From Mytilus trossulus (Eukaryota): a stretch of 64,000 nt of DNA. Positions within the stretch are counted from its first letter, which is position 1. The number at the start of each line of letters is the position of its first letter. Below the pieces are notes generated by a model that saw only the letters and a list, made by a program, of their open reading frames with translations, did not search any database and was not told the DNA's origin. Below are positions 15,017-26,978 of this stretch, in pieces. Location of the stretch: contig NC_086384.1 in assembly GCF_036588685.1 (NCBI RefSeq), forward strand, positions 45,260,001 through 45,324,000, read 5' to 3'. Position numbers and translations under genes: made by a program.

Positions 15017-15218
15017 TTATTTCATGACAGTTTGAGTTATCTCCCATATAACAGAACATACTTTTTCTGAAACTCCTTTTTCATAAAGTGTTATTTCTTT
15101 GTCAAACAATGGTGAATCTCTGCAGATCATTTGTTTGACACTGGTCTGAAGATCACATGTTCCACAGATAACAGTACTACTATCATCTGACCAATCAGAT
15201 TCGTCAGATTTCCTGTTC
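15017..15218 (-). CDS. Possible terminal coding exon of a small unknown minus-strand gene (NRKSDESDWSDDSSTVICGTCD...QTVMK*)
   Basis: cttgtcttattcAG acceptor, open frame to TAA; phase 2 matches a GAG|GTGAAT donor at 17375/17374; no recognisable homology. Confidence 0.3.
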
Positions 15219-15667
15219 CTGAATAAGACAAGCGATGTTCTCTTAATTGGTAACAATGAACAAACTTCTGTAGGTACGTAATGTAAACGAGAAAAAAATT
15301 GTTACATAGAACATTCTTATACGGCAAGGTATCGTTTTTTAATTACATTTTGATTGCTTATTTGTTTTTTGACACAAGTTCTACAGCTTCTGCTTTACCG
15401 CCTATCTGTCAGAGCAGACGACAACACTTCTAGTTTTTGTTAGGGTTCGTGTTCCTCTTTAGTTTGTATAGAGTGGTTTGCAGATTGTTGTTTTTCTCTT
15501 CATCTATTGACGTACTCTCGGCCACAACTTTTTTTTATCCTGCCTTCGGTATAAGTTCCGCCTCTCTTTCACGTAACATATTATTTTTGAATAGTGCATC
15601 CGTTTAGGAATCTGCTTTGTCGTTTGTTTATGTAATTTATACGTGTTTCTCATTTTTTGTTATATAG

Positions 15668-15868
15668 ATTATACCGTTGGTTTTCCCGTTTGAATGGTTT
15701 TACTTTGCACTAGTAATTTTGGGACCCTTTATAGCTTGTTGTTCGGTGTGAGCCAAGGCTCTGTGTTGAAAGCCGTACATTGGCCTATAATGGTTTACTT
15801 TTTTTTTTATTGTTATTTGGATGGAGAGTTGTCTCATCGCCACTCACACCACATCTTCCTATATCTAT
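15668..15868 (+). mobile_element. Family B repeat
   Basis: Colinear with 7963-8155. Confidence 0.8.
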
Positions 15869-17069
15869 GTAAATAATAGGTTCAATTGCGAGAAAATACA
15901 AATTATGTCTTGCCCCTTTTGTGTATTGGAGACCATCGAAAGTATGTTTTATGTACATTTTCGTAACTATACATCAACATGTCTAAGCTGAATGGAGATT
16001 TAATGATCGGAAATCGATTTCACGAAATTCACAATTGCAGAGAATCATTAGACTATGAAACATTTTACTTATACTTGCACTGATCTCAGCTATAACTTAC
16101 TCTTTTAACAAAGTCACGTTGTCATCTGTTTGTTTTTGACCGCTAGAACAACTTCTTTGAAATATGATCTGTTTTTTTATATTAAGTAAAATTGATGTGC
16201 GACAGATTGACATTTATATATTATTCCATTTAGTTGAAAAATACATCGGTTTTGTTACGGACCTATGTAGATAGTTGAAATTGAGTAACCTGTTTGCATT
16301 GTTCTCCAAGCATGCGAGCTGCATTACACCATGGAATCATTATCCATCTCTATTACCGCTCTATAGGTATAACTAACACATCTAAACAAAATGTTTCTAA
16401 AGCAGACGACAAATAACTACAGAAATAAGTGACAATGACAACTGGAACATAGATTTGAAGTTTTGTCAGTCACAGGAGTGTCAAGAAACAGAAAACCCTG
16501 ATAAGATTTAAAGCAGATCTTCAAGCAATTAGCATCTCCTATTTAAAATTCCTTTCGAGTATACATTTTTTTTTTAATATCAAATTGATATTTTATAAGG
16601 TGTTTTTTTGTGAGATATTGCTGAAAAAACTATGAAGTACATTTAAAAGAAAATCATCATACTATGAAAATATGAAGTAAATATTTGCTACCATATTTGT
16701 AATTGTTGTTTAAGTACTGACAGCTAGGAAACATTGGTAAATGTAATGATATTGGTACAAAGGATACGCCAACGTGAATTCCAATTAAACCCAGTCTGAA
16801 AGAAAAGAGTAAGTTTACAATAAAATCATAAGTTAACAAAACCTATTAAAGCGAGCGTGCACAAGCAAATTGTAGACATATAGTAAGTTAACAAAATTTT
16901 ACAATTTCGTTAATTTTAAAAAGTTGTAAATAATTTTTATAACGCATCGACACATATTTTTGTCATATACAATTTAAAGATGCATGTTTAAATGACAAGT
17001 CTATTATCTATAATTGCATTTTCTTTGAATCTTTAGACAGCAAATGAAAACTACGACTTGAAAGACACT

Positions 17070-17305
17070 AGTTTATGTGTTACATATTTGTTTTTCGTTC
17101 ATTTTTTTTACATAAATAAGTTCTGTTTTCTCGTTTGGATTGTTTTACATTGCCTTATCTGGACCTTTTAAAGCTGACTATGCGGTATGGACTTTGTTCA
17201 TTGTTGAAGGCCGTACGGTGACCTATAGTTGTTAATGTTTGTGTCATTTTGGTCTTTTGTGGATAGTTGTCTCATTGGCAATCATACCACATCTTCTTTT
17301 TTATA
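17070..17305 (+). mobile_element. Family A repeat, 5'-truncated copy
   Basis: Matches the 3' half of 392-770. Confidence 0.75.
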
Positions 17306-17749
17306 TTATATTTTTTTATAAAACGTAAGTAAAATATAATTTATCATTTCTATTTGTTTCAAAATAGAATTCACCTCGCTGTACCTCGGATAATGCATAG
17401 AAAAAACTTTTTTTTCAAAATAAGGAATGAAAGGTTGACATAAGTAATTTTGTTTTTATTTGTATCAAGACTTGTTCTAACCTCGCCAGCGTCCATGGTA
17501 ATGTCTTTATTATGTATACAACTGTAGACATCTGTATGTATACCCCTATCAGATAGGTTGTGTCCCCTGTTATAGCTGTTAAATACATACATGTATGCAC
17601 CCCTCTATGCCTGGTCTGTCGATACTGTAAACATAAGGAATATCTGTATTAAACTTTCCAGGAATACAATGTATTTAGTTTCAAAACATTAATCTCTTGC
17701 ACTTGTAAGTATTTTAGCGTACAAATGCGACAGTAAAATATATAGTATC

Positions 17750-17928
17750 CCATTTGAATGGTTTTACACTAGTAATTTTGGGGCCCTTTATATCTTGTTG
17801 TTCGGTGTGAGCCAAGGCTCTGTGTTGAAGGCCGTACATTGACCTATAATGGTTTACCTTTTTTTTAAATTGTTATTTGGATGGATAGTTGTCTCATTGG
17901 CACTCACACCACATCTTCCTATATCTAT
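17750..17928 (+). mobile_element. Family B repeat
   Basis: Colinear with 7963-8155. Confidence 0.8.
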
Positions 17929-18284
17929 CCAAATATATTCTTTCAAAATCAGTAAAAGCACAATTAATACAAGCGCGCACTACGTTTTTGATATGATTGG
18001 CGATACTCTGGCAATTAAAAATAATGAAAATGTATATGTTGTACGTGTTGCAGTTCCAATTGTTTACGGATTTGCTGATGACATGGTACCATCAGCCCCA
18101 ACAAATTTAAAGAAACGTCAAACGTCAGCGCAAAATCGAACTATTACCCTGAGTGGTATCTTTTGATTATTCTTGTCAAATTTTATTAAAGTCTGGAAAT
18201 ATACTTATCTCGACTAATGTCGAACTTAATTTCGAACAGACAAAGCGTAAACAACACCAACAATACACAAGTATACACTTTTAT

Positions 18285-18540
18285 AAAAGAGGGGCGAAAA
18301 TTTTCAGGGGGACATTCAAACTCGTAGATCGAAAATATACTGATAACGCCATGGTCAAAAAAGAAAAAGACAAACAGACAAATAATAGTACAAATGACAC
18401 AACATAGAAAAACTAAGGACTAAGCATCACGAACCCAACCGGGCAAAACCTAGGGGGTCTCTGGTGCTCAGGAAGGGTAAGCATATCCTGCTCCGCATGT
18501 GGCTCACATCGTCTTGCTCATGTTATTACACACCCGGTAA
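18285..18540 (-). mobile_element. Penelope-like 3' region fragment (same family as 12180; further pieces at ~34550-34740, 37100-37490, 41750-41920, 55320-55460, 56040-56120)
   Basis: Shared ggaagggtaagcatatcctgctcc.catgtgg and caacatagaaaactaa motifs. Confidence 0.6.
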
Positions 18541-19992
18541 GTACCGATTATCAGGTTATCTACGCTCACTCGACAAAAAGCTTCATATTATGTCTCGCAG
18601 CTGATATATAGTCTTATTCGGTTTGTAAAATACGATAGAGAATGCTCTTAATTATGCCTGAGGAAGATTTTTTCCAGGTTTCCTGAAATCCCAAGAAGGT
18701 TTGGAAGAGGTTATTGAAAAACAGCAGAAGATGTCACAGTTTCTTTCATGATGGGTTCAACATGTTGAACAGAATCTGCTTACCCTTCAAGGGCACCAGA
18801 TATCGCTCCTACTTTTGTGTGCGGTAAGTGTATTTGGGTTTTTTTCTTTCTATTTTGTGTTTATTTTTTTGTTGTTATATTTTTGTCAATGATTTGATCC
18901 TTTTATACTTTTCCCCTTGTGTTGTCAGTTTATTTCCAACTTATGAGTTTGGATGTCCTTTTGGTTTCTTTAAAAAAATCTTTAACTGCGATAGCTATAT
19001 TCTGAATGGGTTTTAGAATAGAAAATAATGAGCTTTTACTGCAAAAAAATGGGAAAATATAAAGAACGGAGAATCATGGGGTGCTAAAATTGAAAAAATC
19101 TGAATAATGGGGAAGATAAATAGAAAGAATTCTGAGTAATGGGGTGCATAAATAGAAAGTATTCAATATAATCAATACTTATTAAGAAAAGAGAAACATG
19201 GTTAGAAATTGAAGGGCCCACATTCCAGACCCTCCTTCCTTCAGTTGACGAACGTTTATGATTCATAATAATTAATAAAAAATTGTGTTATTATTAATTT
19301 TTATTACATGATTCAGTAATTAACAAAAAGCAATTTCCAGTGTCAGAGCAAACGGTACACCTCGTAAATAATTCTGCAAATTCGTTTTTTTTTTCTTTTT
19401 TTTTTCTTCTAAAATTTCACTCATTTAGTTCGAGACAAAACATATGATAATATTATACATTGAACTTTTAAGTCAATTCTTTTAAGTATAAATGATCGTT
19501 TATAGTCAGAATCGTGGTTTAAGAGTTAAATGATATTTAATATCATGTTAGGTAATTCACCGATTAATTTAATGAACGATCTACATGTATAACGAATTTC
19601 AATTTCCTAGAATGCAAATAACGCTTCTAATTTTGGTTACGTCGTGTTTAAAATACAAAAGAGAGGTATATATGTAGATATTGACAAAGCAAGTCAATTA
19701 GTGGGAGTTGACATGTTTTAAAAAGTTCTATCTAATAATATAATTGAAAAATTCCGCAGTTCAAACTAGACTATGCACACGATTAACAGTTTTTTAAACT
19801 CAAAATATACTGAAAACCTTAAATTCTCATTAACAATAATAATATAACCGTTTGTATTTCCATGCATTTTTTTTAATGTTGTTACCGAGAGCACGTGCAG
19901 CCTGATTTGTTGCTCGGTCTATCAGATTGTGAAATAATAGAAATTCTATGTAATGTAATAATTCCAAAACTATGATTTGAAAACAGTATTTT

Positions 19993-20104
19993 CAGTGGCG
20001 GATCCAGGAGAGAGGTGTTTCAGGGTTAAACCCCTATCTACAATCAATGTTGAATTGGGACATATGGTTTGAAACCCTTTTTGAAAATGTCGTGATCCGC
20101 CCTC
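19993..20104. mobile_element. Degenerate MITE of the CAGTGGCGGATCCAG type
   Basis: cagtggcggatccagg...tgatccgccc; internal caatcaatg...gggacatat shared with 35150-35285. Confidence 0.55.
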
Positions 20105-20120
20105 GACTTTTTTTGTAGTT

Positions 20121-20320
20121 TGTTATATATTTAGATATATATGTTTTATATATGTGTGATTCAGTTTTATATGTTTTACGGAATTGTACAAGTGATGTCC
20201 GGAAACGCCTTTTTGTTTTACGCTCTCTTTTATTAAATGTCGTCAACGTAAGACGTGTTTTTATTGCTTGAGCTAGTCCCAACCCAAAATCTATAATTAC
20301 AACGAGGCGATATCGTTACA
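20121..20320 (+). repeat. 5' LTR (200 bp)
   Basis: tgttatatat...gatatcgttaca, identical by eye to 30176-30375. Confidence 0.97.
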
Positions 20321-20328
20321 TGGTGGAG
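20321..20328 (+). promoter_or_regulatory. Primer-binding site, tRNA-Ala-like (8-nt match only)
   Basis: TGGTGGAG directly after the LTR, complementary to a ...CUCCACCA tRNA 3' end. Confidence 0.6.
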
Positions 20329-22605
20329 TGACCCTAAAAAGATTATTAGGAGACAATTTAATGAGAATATTTGCTGTTTTTAAAAGACATTCATCGAAAG
20401 AGACTAGTTTGTCAAAATTTCGTTTCTGTTGTGACTTTAGGTATTTAAATTCCATGACTCAACACTTTTCTTATTCAATTCCTGATTTACAAGATCTCAC
20501 TGAATCGTTTTCTACAAAAACACCGAATTTTCTAACTTCAATAGACTTATCATCTGGATTTTTTCAGTTACCGATTTCAAAAGATAGTCAACGTTACACA
20601 GCCTTTAATACCTGTTTTGGTACTTTCAAATTTTTAAGATTACCGATGGGACTGAGCTCATCCCCAGCATCTTTTCAACTGTTGATGGATAAAGTACTTA
20701 AAGGATTAACTTTTAAATCATGTTTGTGCTATCTTGATGATATCCTTATTGCATCCGAAACATTCGATCAGCATATTGAAGATTTACGGAACGTTTTTCA
20801 GAGACTTTCGAATGCTGGTTTAAAGCTGGGACCCAAAAAGTGTACCTTTGCTCAGAACTCTTGTATATACTTAGGTCATAAAATTTCAAATAAAGGAATT
20901 GAGCCGCCACCGGACCGTGTTCAGGCCATCGTTGATTATCCTATACCAAAAAATGTGAAAGAGTTGCGCCGCCTTGTTGGTTTATTTAATTGGTTTCGGA
21001 AATACATAAAAAATTTCAGTGCTGAAATGGAACCTCTGACGAGACTTTTAAAGAAATATGAACGTTTTAGCTGGACCGATGAACAACAGCGTGCATTTCA
21101 GAATGTTAAATCACTTCTGCTAGATTCTCCTATTCTGGCCTTTCCAAACTTCAATTTACCATTTAGACTTGCTGTAGACTCTTGTTGTAAGGGGATTGGT
21201 TACGTGCTATATCAGAAAATGAGCGAAACTGATGAAATTCGTGTTATACGATTCGGATCTAAGGCACTTAGTAAATGGCAGAAATCATATGGCCCAACAA
21301 AGCTAGAATTACTTGGCATGGTTACCGCCGTTTTAGAATGTTCATCATACCTACGAACAAAGCCTTTTGTTATAGAATGCGACCACCAAGCATTGAAACC
21401 GCTATTTGGCAACCAACTGAAAGGCGCCATTTATGAGCGATGGATTGCTATTTTGCAGCAATATAATTTCGAAATTCAATACAAACCTGCGAGGGAAATG
21501 CAAGTTCCGGATGCTTTGTCACGATGCACGCAAGAGACTAGTAACGCCTTCGAAAGTCCAGACGAGCAAGATCCGTACTTCCCATATGAACCGGAAAATA
21601 CAGGTCAAATAATTGTTCCAGGAGGTATTCAATTGACCACTTTATTACATGACTCGGATACTAGCGACAGTAAAAATTTACAATTGAACAATATTGCTAT
21701 GTCTGTGACAGTTCCGATGTACACCGTCGATAATAGTGTTTCACGCAAAAATGTATTATTACCGCCACAAAATGAATATGATGCCGACACTGAAGACATT
21801 GATCAACAGTTTGCACGTGTAGCGAAGAAACGTAAACCGCGAAAAACGATACAACTTTACCCACGAAAGAAATATAACGTAGTGCAAAAATCAGAACCTT
21901 TGAATAAACTGACAGATTGTGACTCAAAGCATACTCAAATATCGATTTCTGATCAGTTGAACCAGTTTGAAAAAGTTTATCAACAAATCACTCAGTCGAC
22001 TAAACCAAAATCGAATCAAATATTTGATCAAAGTACTGATAGTGCTACTTCTCAATGTGATGCAACATTTTTCAATCAAAGCACTGAAAGTTCTCAAAAT
22101 GAAAAGTCAGACAAAATATTTAATCAAAGCACTGCAAGTGATAATGTACAGGATTTAGACAAAATATTTGAGCAAACGACTGACGTTAATGAAACGCAGG
22201 TTACTTATATTAGTGAAAATGAAATCACGAACAATTATACCAACAAACGAGACTCTGATACTGGTATTGATAGTGATCCAAATGTAAATATTTTGAAATC
22301 GATTGACATTTTTAGGGAAAAGGGATTTAGTATAGAGTCGATACATGAATTGCAGCGCAATGACACAAACTGCAGACCGTTAATTCAGTATCTTGAAAGA
22401 AACGAACTATCAAAGCTGCAGAAAGAAGCCCGCAGACTTCTTTTATTAATACCAAATTTTCACTTGATCAATGGAATATTATTTCATACACGAAATAGGA
22501 AATCAGTGCGTGCAAAAACAATGAATAATTTTCAGCTAGTTGTCCCGGAAATTTCACTGAAAACAATAATTGCATTACATCATGATTCGACATTAGGTGG
22601 ACATT
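20328..22605 (+). pseudogene. pol: Gypsy pol 5' part: N-truncated RT, RNase H, long linker, start of integrase zinc finger
   Basis: FRFCCDFRYLN, IDLSSGFFQ, LPMGL, YLDD, LAVDSCCKGIG, ELELLG-like KLELLG, CDHQAL, VPDALSR, ending HHDSTLGGH at the insertion point. Confidence 0.93.
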
Positions 22606-22947
22606 CACTGAAAAAAATACCTAGTAACTATTACTAGTTTGGCTAGTACTTCATTAAAAGTCCCTAGTAGATTATCAAACAACTAATTAGACTAGTATGT
22701 TTACTATCGTGGATGCCTCGTATTACCAGGAACCAGCTGTGCAACTGATAACAGGATTTCCCGCCGGACGATATCATATTCGCGTGGCCAAGTTCTGTTG
22801 TACATGAAGTGATGGCCGCAATCAAACGAATAAAGAACCTGGGTGATTTTTGGCCTGATTCATTGAAAAGCTGTAAGTATTTTAACTAAGTTGTGTTTTA
22901 TTTTATCGGCTTAACTTGTTTACACAAAAAAAGAACCACATCATTTA

Positions 22948-23290
22948 GGAGATAACTGTATTGTATTTTAAGCTCCGACGGCATCAATTGGGGATTTGAC
23001 GGTCGCAAATTAAGTTTACTGGCGACGCGTTAGCGGAGACAGTAAACGGGTATTTGCGACCATCAAATCCCAAATTGATGCCGTCGGAGCTTAAAATACA
23101 ATATTGTTATCTCCATTCTAATGAAACTGACAGAAAACAACGTTTAAAAATGTATTTAAAATCTGTCATGTGCCTTCTGCGCTTGCGCGGACATCCCATA
23201 GCATCAATTGTCAATAATTTATTGATGCCATGTAAGAAAGTGACGTTATCCAATCAAATTGAACGTTACAAACATTGTTGCATTAGAATT
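22948..23290. mobile_element. Palindromic non-autonomous element (Crypton-like architecture) nested in the CACTA element
   Basis: ~165-bp near-perfect hairpin 22948-23114 (ggagataac...gttatctcc), followed by cattctaatg...cattagaat. Confidence 0.6.
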
Positions 23291-24051
23291 CGCCTTTCAC
23301 GTAAATAAAATGTACTACAGGAAAGGTCAAGCTAACATTGTGACACGTGGAACAAACTTTATCTATTTAAGTTAAGATTTACAAGATGCAGATTTCGTTA
23401 TTATAATTTTAACACATTTTCTTCTTTTTTTAATACGAAAACTAATTAATGACCCCCCATTAATAATCCTTCTATTTCACCACAGAAAACCGTAACTTCA
23501 ATGCGAAACGTTTTATGATTATATAATTAAAGTGCGCCTCGTTATGAATATGATATGGCTGCGCCCATGTAGTGAGAAAATGAAACTGCCAAAACTTTAA
23601 ACACAGTCAATACATGGTATATCTTCAATATTTTCACATCAAATATGAAATTGAGAAACAATTGAAAGCACTACAGAATGTACTTGATGACATACATGCA
23701 CCATGTAGGTGTACACTTGCATCTTGACATTAGTGCACAAATGCATTCTAATTTCAAACAAGTTATAGCTTTTCTAAAAAGCTGACCGTCTCTTAGCTTC
23801 AAGATGAATGTAGAAAGAAAGGCTAATACAATTTTTCTTAATTTACTAATTTTTTTTGGATAATTTACCAACACTGGATTAGAAAGGGTGATGCCTTAAC
23901 TGTTTTTTTTAATTAAATATAAAAATATTTATAAAAGTATATTTTAAAGTTTAACATGGCTCTGGGACAATTATTTTTTTTGCCAGTATTTTAACTCTCT
24001 GTATAGCAGTATAATTGTAGATTTATTATTAATGCAAACATACTAAACTCG

Positions 24052-24206
24052 CAGAGGCAGATTTAGGGGAGGGGTGGCACCCCTCCCCCTTTTTGGGAAA
24101 AAATTTGGTTGCTTTTATAGGGACTCACTGAAGCATGACTGGAGCCGTCCCCGTCTTAGGTCAGTCAGTGGGCCCCCACTTATGAAAATTCCTGGGTCAG
24201 CCACTG
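24052..24206. mobile_element. MITE with 5-bp TSD (ACTCG), hAT5-like
   Basis: cagaggcagattt...gggtcagccactg flanked by actcg/actcg; same family as 32992-33112. Confidence 0.75.
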
Positions 24207-24499
24207 ACTCGTTAATGTTTTACTTTAAATACTTGTATGCAATTGCATTAAAAAGCTTTAAAAAAAAAAGCACATACAGTGTGTGTATCTCTATATGTCT
24301 GACATGATGACTCACCTATCACACATAAGAAACAAAGTGAAATATTTTTTTTTTTAAATACAATGTATTAGTAGAAATTGACAGTAGAGTTATAGGTAAT
24401 CTATATTAATTAATAAACAACACTACATGTAGTTTTAATATGCCGGATATTTGTATAATTTCAGGCTCTGAAAAAATCACAGGGGATGATAAATTTAGA

Positions 24500-24935
24500 T
24501 AAGAATGATCGACCACCAACATGCAACACTTACTGGAACTTGAAAAACCTACAATTTACAAGAACAAGCCAAAGACTAGTATTACTGTACAAAGTGGTTG
24601 AGGGTATGGTCCCAGCTATCCAAACCTGACAAATTATTGGTACAATGTAACAAGCAATCTTTACTAAAAGGAACATCAAGCCGACATGCTTTGCAGACTT
24701 TGAACGTGATTATTTACAAATTTGGTTAAGGCTATTGAAACAACAAACTGTGAAAACGAGTAATTTAAAAACTCATTCTTCTTCAAAACTGTGATTCATT
24801 GAAAGAAGACGTAGTGTGAGCCAAGTCAGTTGAGAGCTTTAAAACAGCTCACCAAGGTCGTCAATAGGAGTCCGCTCTCCCATCAAGTTCACACCAGAAT
24901 TGGGACCTTCGATGTAACAATGCAGATACATATAG
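24500..24935 (+). mobile_element. Decayed LINE (CR1/L2 group) ORF2 C-terminus and 3' UTR
   Basis: Frameshifted remnants RLVLLYKVVEGMVPAI, FKNSFFFKTVI, AKSVESFKTA, then a cagatac-type tail. Confidence 0.7.
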
Positions 24936-26978
24936 CATGAAAACTTTTATATAATGAACATTTATATTTATATCTATTGATGTTTCAGTACAAGTATGAT
25001 TATTTGTTTTTGTTGTGATATATGACATACATGTATAGTATAAACAATTTTGAGAAAGTGATATCTGTAAACATGCCAGTTCCTTGAAAATGTTAACAAA
25101 CTTTTGTGTCAACTTATTCATTCATCTAAAAAGTATTACAAGCCAATATTATAATTCAATAGATTAAGACTATAAAATCAGTTTTGACCTAGTCCTGTTC
25201 AAGTTTATTAAGGTCAAAATAAGATAAAACAAAGTTTCATAATATATAATTTCAATGTAGGAGCAAACGGTGAAAATAATTTAGATCCTAGTGCTATATG
25301 AGATGGGTGACATGTATTTAGATCCTGGTGCTCTAGAGGGGTGACATTGAGTTGGATCTGTTTGCTCAAACTAAAATTTACAGTGCTTTAAAAAATAATA
25401 AGTGATCATGCTTTATAAAGTTATAAACTGTTAGGTACAATCTGTATACTTACTTCCTGACAATTTTATTTTTACTTCTAAGTATTTTAAAATGTAAACT
25501 TTGAAGTCATTGGAAGTAGGAAGACATAAAATAACTGATAAATCTTACTTTGTTCTTTTTTTTTTAAATAAATATTCGAATGAGTGTTTATTCATTTTGG
25601 TTTTGCAGGGAGAGCGGATTTTTTTAAACAGGGGCCCATACAATAACTAGATGGGTTGTAATTTATTAAACTGACGTTTTAAATTTTTTTCATTGAAATA
25701 ACTTTAGAATTGTAAACTAAATATTCTAAATACATGTATGAAGTATTGTTAATATTGATTAGGGAACAGCTTATTAGTGGTTTTGAAACGTGAATTTAAA
25801 TGGTTACTTTGAAGTAAATTGAGAACATGTTACCCATTTGTTTGTAATGTTGTTGGTTGGACACCTTTTCCTATAATTGAAAACAACTACGTTGTATAGT
25901 CTACTCAAATGTATTGTGCATCTTATGTAAATAAAATATGTAGGATTTATCTTAAAAATTATTATGCTGAACCTCACACACTGACAAATTTAGTAAGGTA
26001 ACTGTAAAGCTTTCAGGCCTAACATGGCGAAATTTAAGTGAGAATATATGAAAGAGAAAACAGCAAGAACAAGGAGTGAAAAGAAATAGTTTTGTCTTTA
26101 TTGACATTGAAGGTCAATTATCACTACTTATGCAACAAATTTTTATCTGCATTCATTACCAACCAAAGTATACATTATAAGTCAATTCGTATTGAGGATA
26201 TTCTGACCTATTGCGAAGTTTTTGCTAGTCTTTTCAGGTCATTGTTGTATATTTATCTTTTACAATTATTGCTATAGTCATTGTGTTTCTTGAATAGAAA
26301 GATCACAAACACATATTATACCTACCTAGAAGCTTCCTGATTCCTGATGATTTTACTGAGTGATGGATTAAGGCCCCTTTCATGGGGAAAATTCATTGAT
26401 AATACAGTGAAAAATTGAACTATGACTTGAGTGAGTCCCCTTTTATGGCAGTCCCCCTTCTTAAAAATATTGGATTTATCATTTTGAACTTTGTACCAGT
26501 ACAATAGAAAAAAGCTGTTAGAAATTGCACTGCTATGAAACTATGCAGAAAAGAATCCTCAACTCAGTAACATTGCTACATGTAGGTACGAAAAAGAACC
26601 ACACGAGGATGACCTGGTACAAGTACTTATAGCTAGTAAAGTTACTAGCTGAAGGAGGTATTCCTACTAGGAAATGTTTGTAGGGTTACTTGAAGCTAGT
26701 AGAATCACTAGTCTTACCATGTATATGCCACTAGGAGGACCTAGTTATGTTACTAAAAGGTAGTAAAAATACTTATTCAGACTAGTAAAGTCACCAAGCA
26801 GTCTAGCAAAATTACTAGGGACTCCTAGTATAATTACTAAGTAGCCTAGTAAGTTTACTTTGATGGCCTAGTATAGTTACTAAGTAGGCTAGTAAATATA
26901 CTTCTGGCCTAGTAATCTCATGGACAGTAAGTTTACTAGTTAACCTAGTAGAGATTACTAGTTATTTTTTTCAGTGTT

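Larger units (their letters stand above)
22606..26976. mobile_element. Non-autonomous CACTA/EnSpm (CMC)-type DNA transposon, 4371 bp
   Basis: TIR CACTGAAAAAAATA(C/A)CTAGTAA at both ends, 2-bp TSD TT, subterminal clusters of CTAGTA/TACTAG motifs (22620-22700, 26630-26960); no transposase ORF. Confidence 0.9.

Noticed and set aside
20034-20282. Duplicated minus-strand ORF MGLAQAIK... (also 30098-30337)
   Set aside because: Antisense reading of the two LTRs with a non-ATG start
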